Positions 24,508-36,531 of a DNA stretch of 64,000 nucleotides are shown here, piece after piece (position 1 is the first letter of the stretch; the number at the start of each line of letters is the position of its first letter). The notes under the pieces are model-generated. The model was given only the letters and a program-made list of their open reading frames with translations. It had not been told where the DNA came from and ran no database searches. The DNA is from Zygnema circumcarinatum SAG 698-1b (taxonomy: Eukaryota > Plantae > Zygnematophyceae), in contig CM074810.1 in the NCBI GenBank assembly GCA_037447605.1, forward strand, positions 558,001-622,000. The letters are read 5' to 3'. The position numbers and the translations under genes are program-made.

Positions 24508-26265
24508 GGGGGGGGGGGGGGGGTGTGTGCGCAAAGATTTTTTTTGGAAGTGCAGACATGGAGTGGTTGGTGGGGAGCAGATATTAGGATTCGACAGTTT
24601 TGTTTTTTAGTGTTTTAGAGGGGGGGGAGTGAGGCAGTCAGACAGGGAGAGAGAGAGAGAGAGAGGTGGAGAGAGGGAGAGACAAGAGAACCGGATTGAA
24701 CACAGCCTACTTTCTACTGTGCAGGTTTTTGATGAAGTTGACGAATGAGACGGTGACAATTGAACTGAAGAATGGAAGCATTGTGCATGGCACCATCACT
24801 GGTACGCCCTCCCTCTCCCTCCCCTCTCCCTCCCCTCTCCCTCCCCCTCTCCCTCCCTTTCCCTCCCCTCTCCCTCCCTCTCCCTCCCCTCTCCCTCCCC
24901 TCTCCCTCCCGCATCATATCCCTTTTGTTCCTCTCCACCTCCTACACCTCCTTCCTCTCGTCCCTCTGCCACGAGTTCTCTCCCTCCCTCCCCCTCCTCT
25001 CTCCCTCTCACTTTCTCACTATTTCTGCAAACATGTTTAACATCCCTAACATGGGCCAGCTGAAATGGTAAGTTAGATCTTTCAATTTTGTTAGAAGGAA
25101 AACGCGTCTTCTCCCTCTAATTCTGCTGCTGTCACATGAACAGCGTGAAAACAAGCAGAGCTGAAAACCTTACCCAAAAAACTAAAATAGACTTAATCAT
25201 CGTCGTTACTTCCTTCAAAAAAACAAAAAAAACAAGTTACATGTGAAATGCAGGCGTTGACATCAGCATGAACACGCACCTGAAGACGGTGAAGCTGACT
25301 CTCAAGGGCAAGAACCCCATCGCGCTGGACCATCTGAGCATCCGCGGGAACAACATTCGCTACTTCGTGCTCCCCGACAGCCTCAACCTCGACACGCTCC
25401 TCGTCGAGGACGTGAAGCGCCCGTCCAAGAAGCCTACGCCAGGTGAAGCCGGGAAACCCTAACCCTAGTACTGCAAACCCTAACCCTAGAACTGCAAACC
25501 CTAACCCTAGAACTGCAAACCCTAACCCTAGAACGGGGAACCCTAACTCTAGAACTGCAAACCCTAACCCTAGAACTGCAAACCCTACCTCTAGAACTGC
25601 AAACCCTAACCCTATAATTGCAAACCCTAACCCTAGAACGGGGAACCATAAGTCTAGAACTTGAACCCTAACCCTAGAACTGCAAACCCTAACCCCAGAA
25701 CTGCAAACCCTAACCCTAGAACTGCAAACCCTAACTCTAGAACTTGAACCCTAACCCTAGAACTGCAAACCCTAACCCCAGAACTGCAAACCCTAACCCT
25801 AGAACTGCAAACCCTAACTCTAGAACTGCAAACACTAACCCTAGAACTGCAAACCCTAACCCTAGAACTGCAAACCCTAACTCTAGAGCTGCAAACCTTA
25901 ACCCTAGAACTGCAAACCCTAACCCTAGAACTGCAAACCCTAACCCTAGAACTGCAAACCCTAACCCTAGAACTGCAAACCCTAACCCTAGGTCTGCAAA
26001 CCCTTACACTAAAATTGTTAACCCCAAAGCTGTTAACCCTAACTGTTAACTTGTCAATCCTAACTCCAAGTTTTATAATTACCAAGATGTCGATTCTAAA
26101 GCTGACACCTTTACGACCTTAATGATTAGCACTGTTAATTTCAAAGGTTAACCCGAAGACTTTCACCCTAACCTTTGAGTACGTTTGGGGTTAACAGGCA
26201 GAGCAGTGGCGGTGGGAAGAGGGAGAGGCCGAGGCCGTGGGAGAGGACGCGGCCGTGGGCGGTAG
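24334..26265 (+). CDS. SmD1: Small nuclear ribonucleoprotein Sm D1
   Basis: Four exons: MKLVR|[26 protein letters not shown]|[55 protein letters not shown]|[22 protein letters not shown]. Confidence 0.97.
25454..26000. repeat. 21-bp minisatellite AACCCTAACCCTAGAACTGCA (about 25 copies) in SmD1 intron 3
   Basis: Directly visible; each unit carries a telomere-like (AACCCT)2. Confidence 0.95.
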
Positions 26266-27156
26266 TGAGAGCTTTACAATGGAGCTTAAGCATTTTGTGT
26301 TTGAATCCTGCCTGCCCCCCTCCCCCCTCGTTCTCCCACCCTCTCTCGCCTCCCTCTCCACTCCTCTCTCTCTCTCTCCCTTGCTCGTACTCCTTCTCCC
26401 TCTATCCTCCAACTCTCCCCACTCTTCGCCTCTCCCCTTTTTTCTCCTTTTTCCCCTCAGTGCCATGCTCTCATGGATGGAGCCCTTTTATTTTTTTTCT
26501 CCAATCGTAGACGCTGTTGGATCAGGTTAATTTGAAATTTTGCGGCCAAAAAGAAAAAAAAAAAAAAAGGGAGATGGAAGACTTTTGAATCTGTCAATAG
26601 TGCGGCCATTGAAGAATGGGTACGCCCTGAGGGGGAAGGGGAGGAAGGTAGGAGCAGGCTCAGGTGCTTCGCTAAGGCCCTCTGTGTTTTATTCCTTGGA
26701 AGGCGTTCAGGCTTTTGAGTATGCCTTTGCAATATCTCTCTCTCGGCCCCTCCCCCGCCCCTCCCTCTCTCCCTCTTGCCCCCCACCCCTTCCCCCTCCC
26801 CCTCCTCCCCTCCTTTCCCCAATTCTTATTGAAACCATATTTCACCATGTTTCTTTTTGAAAGCACCCCCTTCGCTAAAGTGCCATTTCACGTGTTTATC
26901 CCTAAAAGGCGAGGCTTTGGATTCCAGCATGTCGTGTCAAATTTAACAATCACCTAACTGAACTTCACTTTATTCCAAATTTCGCAACTCCTAAAACCAA
27001 AAAAAAATCATGTTTCCAATATAAAACGTAATGTTAATGTTGAGAAAGCCTTCGGATTATATACATACTGCACCGTGCTCTGTATAGAGCGATGTAATTT
27101 AAGAAGACAACAACCCTTCAAAGGCGCCGCGTCCCACTACCGACTTTGACATACTT

Positions 27157-28038
27157 TCAAGGGTGCACGTAACAGGCCTCGGAGCCACTACCGAAAAAGC
27201 TAAAGAGACTTAGGATAAGCCCCCTAGAAAGTGGGGCTAAAAGGTGGAGTGCTATCTTCGAATCCCGGTGAAAAGGACCCTCGTTAGCGTTCAGAATTCC
27301 GTTGCCCTCGGGGCTAGAAGTGAAGGAGAGTAGGCCCCTACGGGAAAGGCCGAGGGAGAGGGAAAGGGAGAGGGAGAGGACGAGGGAGAGGTCTGGTTGA
27401 GGAAGTCCCTTGCTACCACAGAGAGGAGGAGGACGAAGCCTGCAGCAGTCATGGCTCCGAGAATCTTTGCCCCGAAGGAAGCTGCTCGATTCTTTCCCCT
27501 GCTCTGGAGGGCCATCTGAGAACATTGAAAATAAGACATAAAAATACGAATAGTGAGATCAAATTTGAACTTGAACTCGAAACCCAAAAATCAAGAACTT
27601 AAAAACGAAAAACCCAAGATATTTTAGAACTGTGGCTGCAATGTTGGTGGCCAATAAGGACTCCCTTTTCCTAGCGGGATTTCGCTAGCCGTTAGCAACG
27701 GTCAAATGACCGCACTCTTGGTCATTTCGTGTGCTTAGGATTCTGTTCGTTAGCAGTTAACCATGTATTGCATTCGAGGAACTTGCCCTGGTTAGGAATT
27801 CACTATTTCGGAAGAGGGAAGTCCAATTAGGAGTGTTCTAGTTTAGGTTACTCAGCCGATGAAGTGTTTATAAATTTTGATTTTGTTATCTTGTTCAACC
27901 TTGGAAACATTCACAGACATCAATTTTCCTGACTAATTTGCCACCACTACTGCAATGGGAGTATTGAGGGAAACAAAGGTCTGTCCCTTCCGTCGCTTGT
28001 GTGTAAGCTTGATGGGCAGAGGGAGAGTTGGGGGGGAG

Positions 28039-28074
<36 letters not shown>

Positions 28075-28594
28075 TGGGCTGAGAAAGGGCGAGAGAGAGT
28101 ACCTGGAGAATAGTAGCAGAAAAAAGCCGCCCCAGAAAGAAGGCGACGAAGCACAATACAACAGTAACGTACCACGAAATCATGTCCCAGCCTGCAGGGC
28201 AGCCATACGCAAGAGAGAGAGGGAGAAAGAGAGAGAAAGAAAAGAGAGAGAGAGAGGAGAGGAAGAGAGAGAGAGAGGGATGGAATGCAAAGAGGGAGTG
28301 TGAGAGAGAAAGACAGAGTGTGAACATGCACACCATGGATCGAAGCATAAAGAACAGCACGTGTAAAGCGGATTCTTAGCAGACGATGGGACGGAACGGA
28401 ACAAGAAATCACAGAGACAAACACAACGGAACATAACGGAAGGGCATGGAAAGGGCGCTAACCGACAAGGCACCAGCTCGTGACCACGAGCATGGTCCCA
28501 ACGGAACTTTGAAAAAGCTCCGCCAGCGTTAGGTCCGACTGTTCCATGGAACCGCCCAGAAATTCCCAGAAAACAGGAGTTGTTAAAGAGTTAC

Positions 28595-28665
<71 letters not shown>

Positions 28666-30624
28666 TTCAAAGAGTTTTTCATTGAAGATTTATAGAACTG
28701 GGAAGGAAGAGGGAGGGGAGAGAGAGGCGAGAGGGAGAGACTCACCCGATGCAGGAGAGCTCGCAGCGATGATAAATCTGGTCCAAGTTTCATTTTCCGC
28801 ATTAACCGACGGAGCCATGGAACAAGCCACGCACTGCATATCCTCATTGCCTGCATAGAACCCAAAACCCACTTCCAGTTTCAGTCTATTTGTACCCCTT
28901 TTTGAACCCCCAAACGGCGCCTTATTTACCAAAGTTGAAAGCCAAAGTTGAAAGCGAAAAACCTGATCAGAGCAAACTAGATCAAATCGACTAAACTGAA
29001 TCTGTAACAGCAGATAATAATCCGACTTACCGCCATGACTAGAAGTTTTAGCCATCCTTGTCGAGAGCAGGCAGAAGCAGCCAAAGCCCCCTCTTTCCAT
29101 AGGACGGCAACAAATTTGTGCTGCCCGGAGATAGCTTCCAGTGCAAACACACCCGAATATAAAAGGACGCTGCCTGGGGGGTTCCATGTAGCCAGTTCAA
29201 CAGAACGCAACGGAATCAAAAAAGAAGCATAGAAGAAGCATTGAATCAGGTAGTGTTAATACTGGGAATGAAAAGCATCGAATATAAAAAATATGCAGCT
29301 GCGGAGGTAGGGATCTCGTTGCAAAGTGAAGTGGTTTTTTTTTTTTTTTTTTTGGGTATATAAGTTAATTGAAGTGATGAAATCAGCGGAAGCCAATCAA
29401 GAATCTCTCTCTGTCTCTCGCTCCTATTCCCGCACTCCTCATTTCCATTACGCTCCCCATCCCGCTCCCTTCCTCCCTCTCTTGCCCTTTCCCTTTCCCT
29501 CTCCCTCTCCCTCCCTCTCCCTCTCTCTATCCATCCCTCTCCCACTCCCACACTCCCCCTCCCCCTCCCGCTCCCTCTCCCTGCCTCTCCTCTCCCTCTT
29601 CCTCTCCCTCTCCCTCTCCCTCTCCCTCTCCCTCGCCCTCTCCCTCTCCCTCCCCCTCCCTCTCTCCACACTCCCTCTCCCGCTCCCTCTCCCGCTTCCT
29701 CTCCCTGCCTCTCCTCTCCCTCTCCCTCTCCCTCGCCCTCTCCTTCTCCCTGCCTCTCCCTCTCCATCTCCCTCTTTCTCTCTCTCTCTCTCTCCCACCT
29801 GCCAGGAGATCAAGGCGGTGCATAATGCGCGGCACGCAGGCGACCACAGCGAGCAGAAGGACACTGCGCGCCCACAGCCGCCGCCACACTCCGCCACTCC
29901 ACCCCTCCGTGTACACGCCTGGGGGAGGGAGAGAGAGAGAGAGAGAGAGAGGAAGGTGGGGAGAGAGACAGAGAGAGGGAGAGCGAGAGAGAGGACGAGT
30001 AAAGGGAGAGAGAGAGAGGAGAGAGAGAGAGTGAGAGAGAGAGAGAGTGAAATAGGGGAGAGAGTGGCAAAGAAGAGACCGAGAGAGAGAGAGAGAGAGA
30101 GAGAGAAAGCACCGGGCAGATTGGGTGGGCAAACAAAAGTGCAGTCATCTGAATGAGTATGGGAAGTGTGGGCCTACCCAAACAGAGCAGCGCGAGCCAC
30201 GCTGCCTTCACAGCGGGGCCCGCTTTGGGCGCATAGAAACGCCAGTTGCAGGCAACGGCCAGTTTGGCTCTCCAGTCGCCAGCTGGCAGCTCGTGATTGG
30301 TGGAGACGTCGCAGAGGAGCAGCGCGACGCGGCTGACGATGTCCGGCGAAGTGGCCTCAACGAGGAGGAGGGGGAGCATGAGGAGGAGGGACTGTACGGA
30401 CGTGAGAGAGGGGAGGGAGGGAGGGAGGGAGGGAGGGAGGGAGGGGAGGGAGGCCGGCAGGGGAGAGGTGGATGGGGATGGGGAGGGGATGGTAGGGGAG
30501 AGACGAAGTGCGAAAATAGGGGGAGAGTGAGGAAGAAGAAGCGGATGAGAGAAAGGCAGACGAGATGGTGGAAGAGAGGCGGAGAGAGAGTGAAGAGAGA
30601 GAGAGAGGGAGAGAGAGAGAGAGG

Positions 30625-30663
<39 letters not shown>

Positions 30664-31287
30664 GCTGTACGTGGACAGAAACAGACCGCACCTGAAGCCA
30701 AGCAACGTTGAAGGAATGGCGCCAAAAGTCTCTGCTGCTCTCATAGCTCTCAGGCCTCCAAAAAACCTAGTAAAATATAACGTTCTTAAATAGTCAATTC
30801 CTCGCTATTTCACACAATCACGGAAAAATTGCTTATCCGTTGATTTCACTACTCTAATCCATTAGCCACGAGAACAAAAACGCATAGAGGAACCCTAAAA
30901 AAACACAAAAAAAAGGAAGAGAAAATGTTTCACCAGCCACATGAAGGCAAAATAGTGCTCGAGACGATAACTGTGCAGGGATCGCAGGTCCTGTGCCCCA
31001 TTTATACCCCATTGAAACTCAATAGAAAAACAATAAACCCACATGATATTAGTCAAACTAGTCAAACTTAACAAAGCTAAATATTGAGTTAGCTAACGGA
31101 AATGCGGTGTTATGAGTGCAGTCAATAGCCCAAGTCAAAACTAAAGTCAACTCTAGTCAATTGTTCTGAACAAACTCACAAGTATTAGAGAATTTTGGTG
31201 ACGGATCGTCTGCTCCAAACTTGATACTTGTTGCTGCATGAAAGAGAAAGGGAAACAACAAGATAAAGGGAAGAGTGAGAGAAGAGC

Positions 31288-31343
<56 letters not shown>

Positions 31344-33367
31344 GAGGGGGAGAGAGAGAGAGGGAGACCCCAAGTTGCCAACAAACCCTAAATCTAAAGT
31401 GAAGATGCCCTTGGAGGCTCTTTAGGGCTACCTGGAGGCGTTCTATGCGTTCGTTTGTCGCCAAAATAAACGGACGGAGCCGTCCATATGCACAGTCCCT
31501 GGCATGCGCTGGAACGGTGTGACGTGGCATGTGCATGTGACAGCCAATGGCGTAGTGCCAGCAAGGCGCCTCCGCATGAGGACAAAACTCCTGGTGCCGT
31601 TTCCATTCGCTTGCTTGAATGTTGTCAACGGAACAGCCAGCGTTACTGAACAGCATAGAGCACCGCATGGAACGGGTGGCTCAGAGAGGGGACCAATGCA
31701 GGCGGAGTTTCGGGTTTTAAGATTTTTGGGTTTGTTGAGGTTAGAGAATTTTTTGAGATGCTTAGACAAGGGGTTTTGGGGGGGTACTAGAATTTTGATT
31801 TGAGAAAGATACATGGTATTGAGTTATGCCTAACATCATTTGAACAGCATAGAACATTGCATAGAAAGGTTAACGGAGAATGGAACGGAACGGACCCACA
31901 TTGCACGTGAAGCGAGGCCAATTCCTGACTGAGTTCCTCATCTTCCACAATTTCGTTCACAGAATTTATCTCCGTTCGGCATATGGGACACCGTCTGGGA
32001 TTACGGAACAGGACAGAACACAGTCACATAGAAACAAACAAGGGATTGAGCAGCTGGTGATAAAGGAGGATTGGTATGGTTGAATAATGGATATGGTCAA
32101 GATAAAAATGGAAAAAACGAAAAGAAAAAGGACTTACTTTGGTCGAGATATAGATTCTGCCTCCGACTGTGAATTTTGACTAAAAGTTTTTTGGAGACAT
32201 CCTTGGCAGAACTGATTCCAAGGGAAAAAGAAATGGTAAGGAGAAAAGCCTCAATTAAGCAAGATCTAACGCATGCACACATGAATACCTAGAATACTAC
32301 AAGCAATAATGAATAAGTTATAGCTCACATTGGAGTTGTGTAATTTAAAGAAGGGCAAGCAGTGGTAGGTCGAGTCAATAGACAGCACGGGGTGCATGCT
32401 CTAAGAATTAGTTTGAATGTGATTACCTCTATAATATGGAAAAGTAAAGACACAACGAGAAGAGTGGGAGAGAGAGAGTGTTGGGGGGACAGAGAGAGAG
32501 AGGAAAGGGAGAGAGGGAGTGGGGAAGGCGAGGCGGAGGGGAGGATCACAAATGATACGAAAATTCTGCACATACCCGATGTCTGCAGGGGGTCATCATC
32601 GGAACATCGATAATCTGTCACCTCGTTGACCCGTAAACGCAAAAAGTGGATTATTGTGTGCACATAGATGGATAGGAGGAGCGGGAGGGGAGGGTGAGAG
32701 AGCAAAAGGGAGGGAAGGGAGGAGAGACAGAGAAGAGGGGTTGGAAGAAAGGTCCACGGAGAAATCAAGAGGGAACGATAATAGAGAAAGGGAGGGAGGA
32801 AGACGGACAGAAAGATAAAGCTATTGGCCAAGGGGAGAGGGAGACAGAAATCGAGAGAGAGAGAGAGAAAGCGGGGCAGATATTGAGAAAGAGAGAGTGA
32901 GAGAGAGGCAGAAACTGAGAGAGGGAGGCAGAAATTGGACGAGGGAGATGCAGAAGTTGGGAGGGAGAGGCAGAACTTGAGAAAGGACAAGAAAGATGCA
33001 GAGAGAGAGAGAAAGAGAGATATTTCAAGCTAAGCACAAGCTATTAAGTCTTGTTGCACCCATATATCCCCCTGACCTCATGGCAGACAGGACAGAGCCA
33101 ATGGTCCCTCGCCTCCACAGCATCGCCCGAAGCTCTCACAAGTCCGGCCGGTTTCAGCACACCAGGAGGCTTCAATACGCCCTCCCACATTTCAACCTCT
33201 CCTTCCTCTCTCCCACCACCACTACCACTACCACTACCACTACCACTACCAATACCAATACCACTGCTGCCAGTGTCTGATGCCAAAGTAGCCTTGCTTC
33301 GCGTAGTGGTGTCTCCCACAGAAACCCTAAAAACTCGGCCGAGATGCCCTGGAAGCTTGTCCTTCAT
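27157..33367 (-). CDS. RING-HC + TRAF-type zinc finger + coiled coil + helical (ARM-like) protein; probable E3 ligase
   Basis: Phase-consistent exons rebuild the RING CPVCHE|IIDVPMMTPCRHR|FCQGCLQKTFSQNSQ|RCPICR, then LHVQCGNAGCS..WKRHQEFCPHAEAPCWHYAIGC..HARDC, the coiled coil NERIERLQ|QQVSSLEQTIRHQ, and Leu-rich helical exons. Exons below about 28460 are less certain. Confidence 0.7.
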
Positions 33368-35242
33368 CTTTCAGGAACCCGCTCTGGTTTTTTTCGGCCT
33401 CATTCACCGCAGCAGTATAGTGAGGAGGAAGCCATGAAGCATTCTCTTTACCTCCTTCTTGCGGTCCCGCTTTCCTTCTAGCCACATAGCTCTGTCTGTC
33501 TCACGCACTCTCCCGCTCTCCCCTTTCATTTACTCGGGAACTCTCTCCAGCTCTTTCTGCCAAAGCTCCTTCTCTCCCTCTCACTATCCCTCTCCCCCTC
33601 CGTCCCTCTCTTTTGCAACACTCCCTCCCCCCCCTTTTTCAGCTCCCTCACTCACTCCTTCCCCCCCTCACTACTCAACCAGCTGCTCCCGCTCTCTCTC
33701 TCTTCTTTCTCCCCGTCTGGAACTCTCCCACTCCCAGCTCGTTCCCTCTCTCTTCAGCTCCCTTCCGCCCTCCCTCCCTCTTTCCTTTCCGCCCTCTCAC
33801 TCGTCCCCTCTCTCACAGCCGTGCCCCCGCGCGCTCCACACACCCGCCATGGCGGAACACCGCTCGGCTCTCGCGCTGAGCGCCGCTTCCGCGCCGTGGA
33901 GAGACGCGAGAGGGGGACGGGAGAGAGGGAGAGAGCGAGAGTGGGAGAGAGGAGGCAGTGGGAAAGAGGCAGAGAGGGAGGGAGGGAGAAGGGACAGAGA
34001 GACTGGGAGAGAAAAGAGAAAGTGGGAGTGAGGGAGGGAGAGGGAGACGGGGAGGGAGAGCTCTCAGACCTTAATGAGCATCTGCTGCAGTGCAGGAGCA
34101 ACACGTGGCGGCTTCAGAGTTCAGACAGAGCATGTGAATGCCTGAAGCCGATATTAGATTGGAATGAATAAGTGTCTGAAACGATGACTGCAACAGCATA
34201 AGCTTCTCCGAATGTTGCAGATTGGAGGAGGAGGAGGAGGTCCTGGAGCCTATTGACTTATTTCTTGTTCCTGGCGCTTTACCGCCTTAGTATGGACGTA
34301 ATTTGAGTCTTTAATGGAGCATGTTTGGTGCTGAACCGATCAGGAAGCCTTACAGTTTTGGCTGAGCAGCGGAGCGACACTTGCTGCAAGAAGAAAGAAA
34401 ATGTCGCCAGGTATGAATGCTGACTTCAATCTCGTACAGCATATTGTATGGTTTGTTCTTGTATTGTATTGTATCGTTTGTTTGTTTTAATCCTTCACGA
34501 CGCTACTTCCAGTGTTTCTTGGAATGTTAACCTTTCTACATGTGTTTGTTTGAAATGCATTCTGAGCGAACTCATATGTTTTATCATACCCCTTCCTGGT
34601 AGGTCCAAAAGCTGCTCAAAAGTGAATGTTCAATTCCGTAATCTGTCAGAGTGACGAATGGTTGTGTGGTTGCAGATGTTGCAAATTTTGTAGCGTCCGC
34701 CTTGAAAAATTCAAGGATTTGAATAACAAGAAAAAATGCCCCTTCTTCACAAGGTATAGTTTTTCAGCAAATTCTCTATCACTGTACCGAATTGTGAAGC
34801 AGACCTGTACAATTTCAAACAGAAGCTTTACTTGAATGCTCGAATCCTTTCCTTTTCAGCCAGAGATTGTGTTTCCTCCCATCATCATCGCTGGTTGGAT
34901 AGATCTTGGTGCACAATTTATCCAAACGTGCAAATACTGCATGATGAATTTCTGCTTTCTCTCTCTCTCCTTCTCTCTCTCCCCCCCCTCTCCCTCTCAC
35001 TCCCTCTGCTACCTCGCCTCCACGCTCTCCCACCACTTTTGTCTGCCTCTCCCTCGTGTGCTCCCTCCTTTCGCCTCTCACTTTCCTCTCTCTCCCCCTC
35101 TCCTTTCTCCTTCCCTCTCCTTCTCCTTGTCATCCCTTGCATTGCCCTCCTTCCCATCTCTTCCCCCTTCCTCCCAACCTCTCTCTCTCCCTCCCTCTCC
35201 TATGATGTGCTGACACGTGTTGTATCCCCTGCAGGCGCAAGC

Positions 35243-36136
35243 ATGGATGTCTCCTCCTTTGTCACAGTCATTCTCACGACGAGTCCTGTACGGTCTAATC
35301 CCTCCACAGACCTCATCCAGCAAGTGTTTGAAAGTTTCGACTTTGTACCCGGCCTCGTCAAATGTCCCAAAATCATTGTATTTGACAACTACGAGATACA
35401 CTCTCAAAAATCGGAGAAACGGGGGCGAATATCTTCAGAAATGGAAGCAAATTACTTGGAATACATCGCTGCCGTTCAACGGCTCGTAGAACAGAACCCT
35501 AGATTCTGCAACACGGAAAGCCTGATTTTGAAGGAGAGGCACGGATTCGGACACGCTGTGAAAGCCGCTTTGTCCAAAGTTCAAACAAAGTATGTCTTCA
35601 TTCTGCAACATGACTTCGCTTTCTGCAACTTTGTGGACCTCCCAGCCCTAATTCAAGTCCTAGAGAACCACGAGTTCATGCACTACATAGGCATGATATC
35701 AGCCTCCACAGAAAGGTATGCCGACTCCCGTTCCCATGGTCCGCAAACCCACATTCCGTTAGAAATTGAGGTTTACAACGACCAGCCGTTTGTGAAATTG
35801 ATGTTTTGGTACGATAAGGATCACCTTGCGCGAACAGATTATTATAAAAATGTGGTCTTTGGTCAATGGAGTTGTGTAAGGAGAGGGGATTTTATCGAAG
35901 ATAGGTTCGGTCACTGGCAGCTGAAGAGGATATATAAGGAGGGTATGAGTGCGCATGTGAGATTTGGGACCTATCTTTGGTACCCCGGAAATGGGGTAAA
36001 GCGATGCATTCAGCACCTTGAGGGCCGGCGGTTTCAATTGGAAGAAGTGAAGGTGGCTCGATTTCCGGCCCGCAAGCCGCAGGCGGAGGTTGTGGAGAAG
36101 CAGGCGAAGAGAATCGAAGAAACTCGGTGGGGCTGA
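35243..36136 (+). CDS. Intronless 297-aa GT-A fold (GT2-like) glycosyltransferase
   Basis: ATG follows the acceptor cctgcag|GCGCAAGC. Motifs VILTTSP..KIIVFD, GFGHAVKAALSKVQTKYVFILQHD (DXD-equivalent) and WYDKDHL. Upstream splice signals (donors near 34410 and 34753) suggest 5'UTR exons. Confidence 0.8.
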   Translation: MDVSSFVTVILTTSPVRSNPSTDLIQQVFESFDFVPGLVKCPKIIVFDNYEIHSQKSEKRGRISSEMEANYLEYIAAVQRLVEQNPRFCNTESLILKERHGFGHAVKAALSKVQTKYVFILQHDFAFCNFVDLPALIQVLENHEFMHYIGMISASTERYADSRSHGPQTHIPLEIEVYNDQPFVKLMFWYDKDHLARTDYYKNVVFGQWSCVRRGDFIEDRFGHWQLKRIYKEGMSAHVRFGTYLWYPGNGVKRCIQHLEGRRFQLEEVKVARFPARKPQAEVVEKQAKRIEETRWG

Positions 36137-36254
36137 CCGTTTATGAATGATTTTCTTCATTTTGCACTGGATTTGCGCCAAATGAGGGGAAGAATGGTGG
36201 GAGAAAATGTGGGTGTACATGTTACTTGTTCAGTTTGCTTTGACTGATGTGTGC

Positions 36255-36405
36255 ATCTGATAATGATGATGATGATGACAGCGATGATGAGGAGGAGGAT
36301 GGATGACGACAATGTGCGCATGCATGTGATGATGATGTTGATGCTGGTGCTGATGCTGATGTTGATGTTGATGTTGATGGTGATGGTGATGGTGATGGTG
36401 ATGAT
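36255..36405. repeat. (GAT)n/(GATGGT)n microsatellite between convergent 3' ends
   Basis: Directly visible. Confidence 0.85.
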
Positions 36406-36531
36406 GAGGGAGACAACATAAATGACATCATAACCAACAGCCACGACAGTCGCAGTGTACGAATCATCTTATTGCAAGTCCCAAAAGTTGTCCCACACGG
36501 GGTCCAGCAGTGCAGTGAGCAGTAGCCCCCA

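Noticed and set aside
25434-26085. ORFs encoding (NPNPRTA)n or (SSRVRVC)n, and a CRISPR-like array
   Set aside because: These are translations of the 21-bp intronic minisatellite. It has no unique spacers and no cas genes, and the context is eukaryotic.
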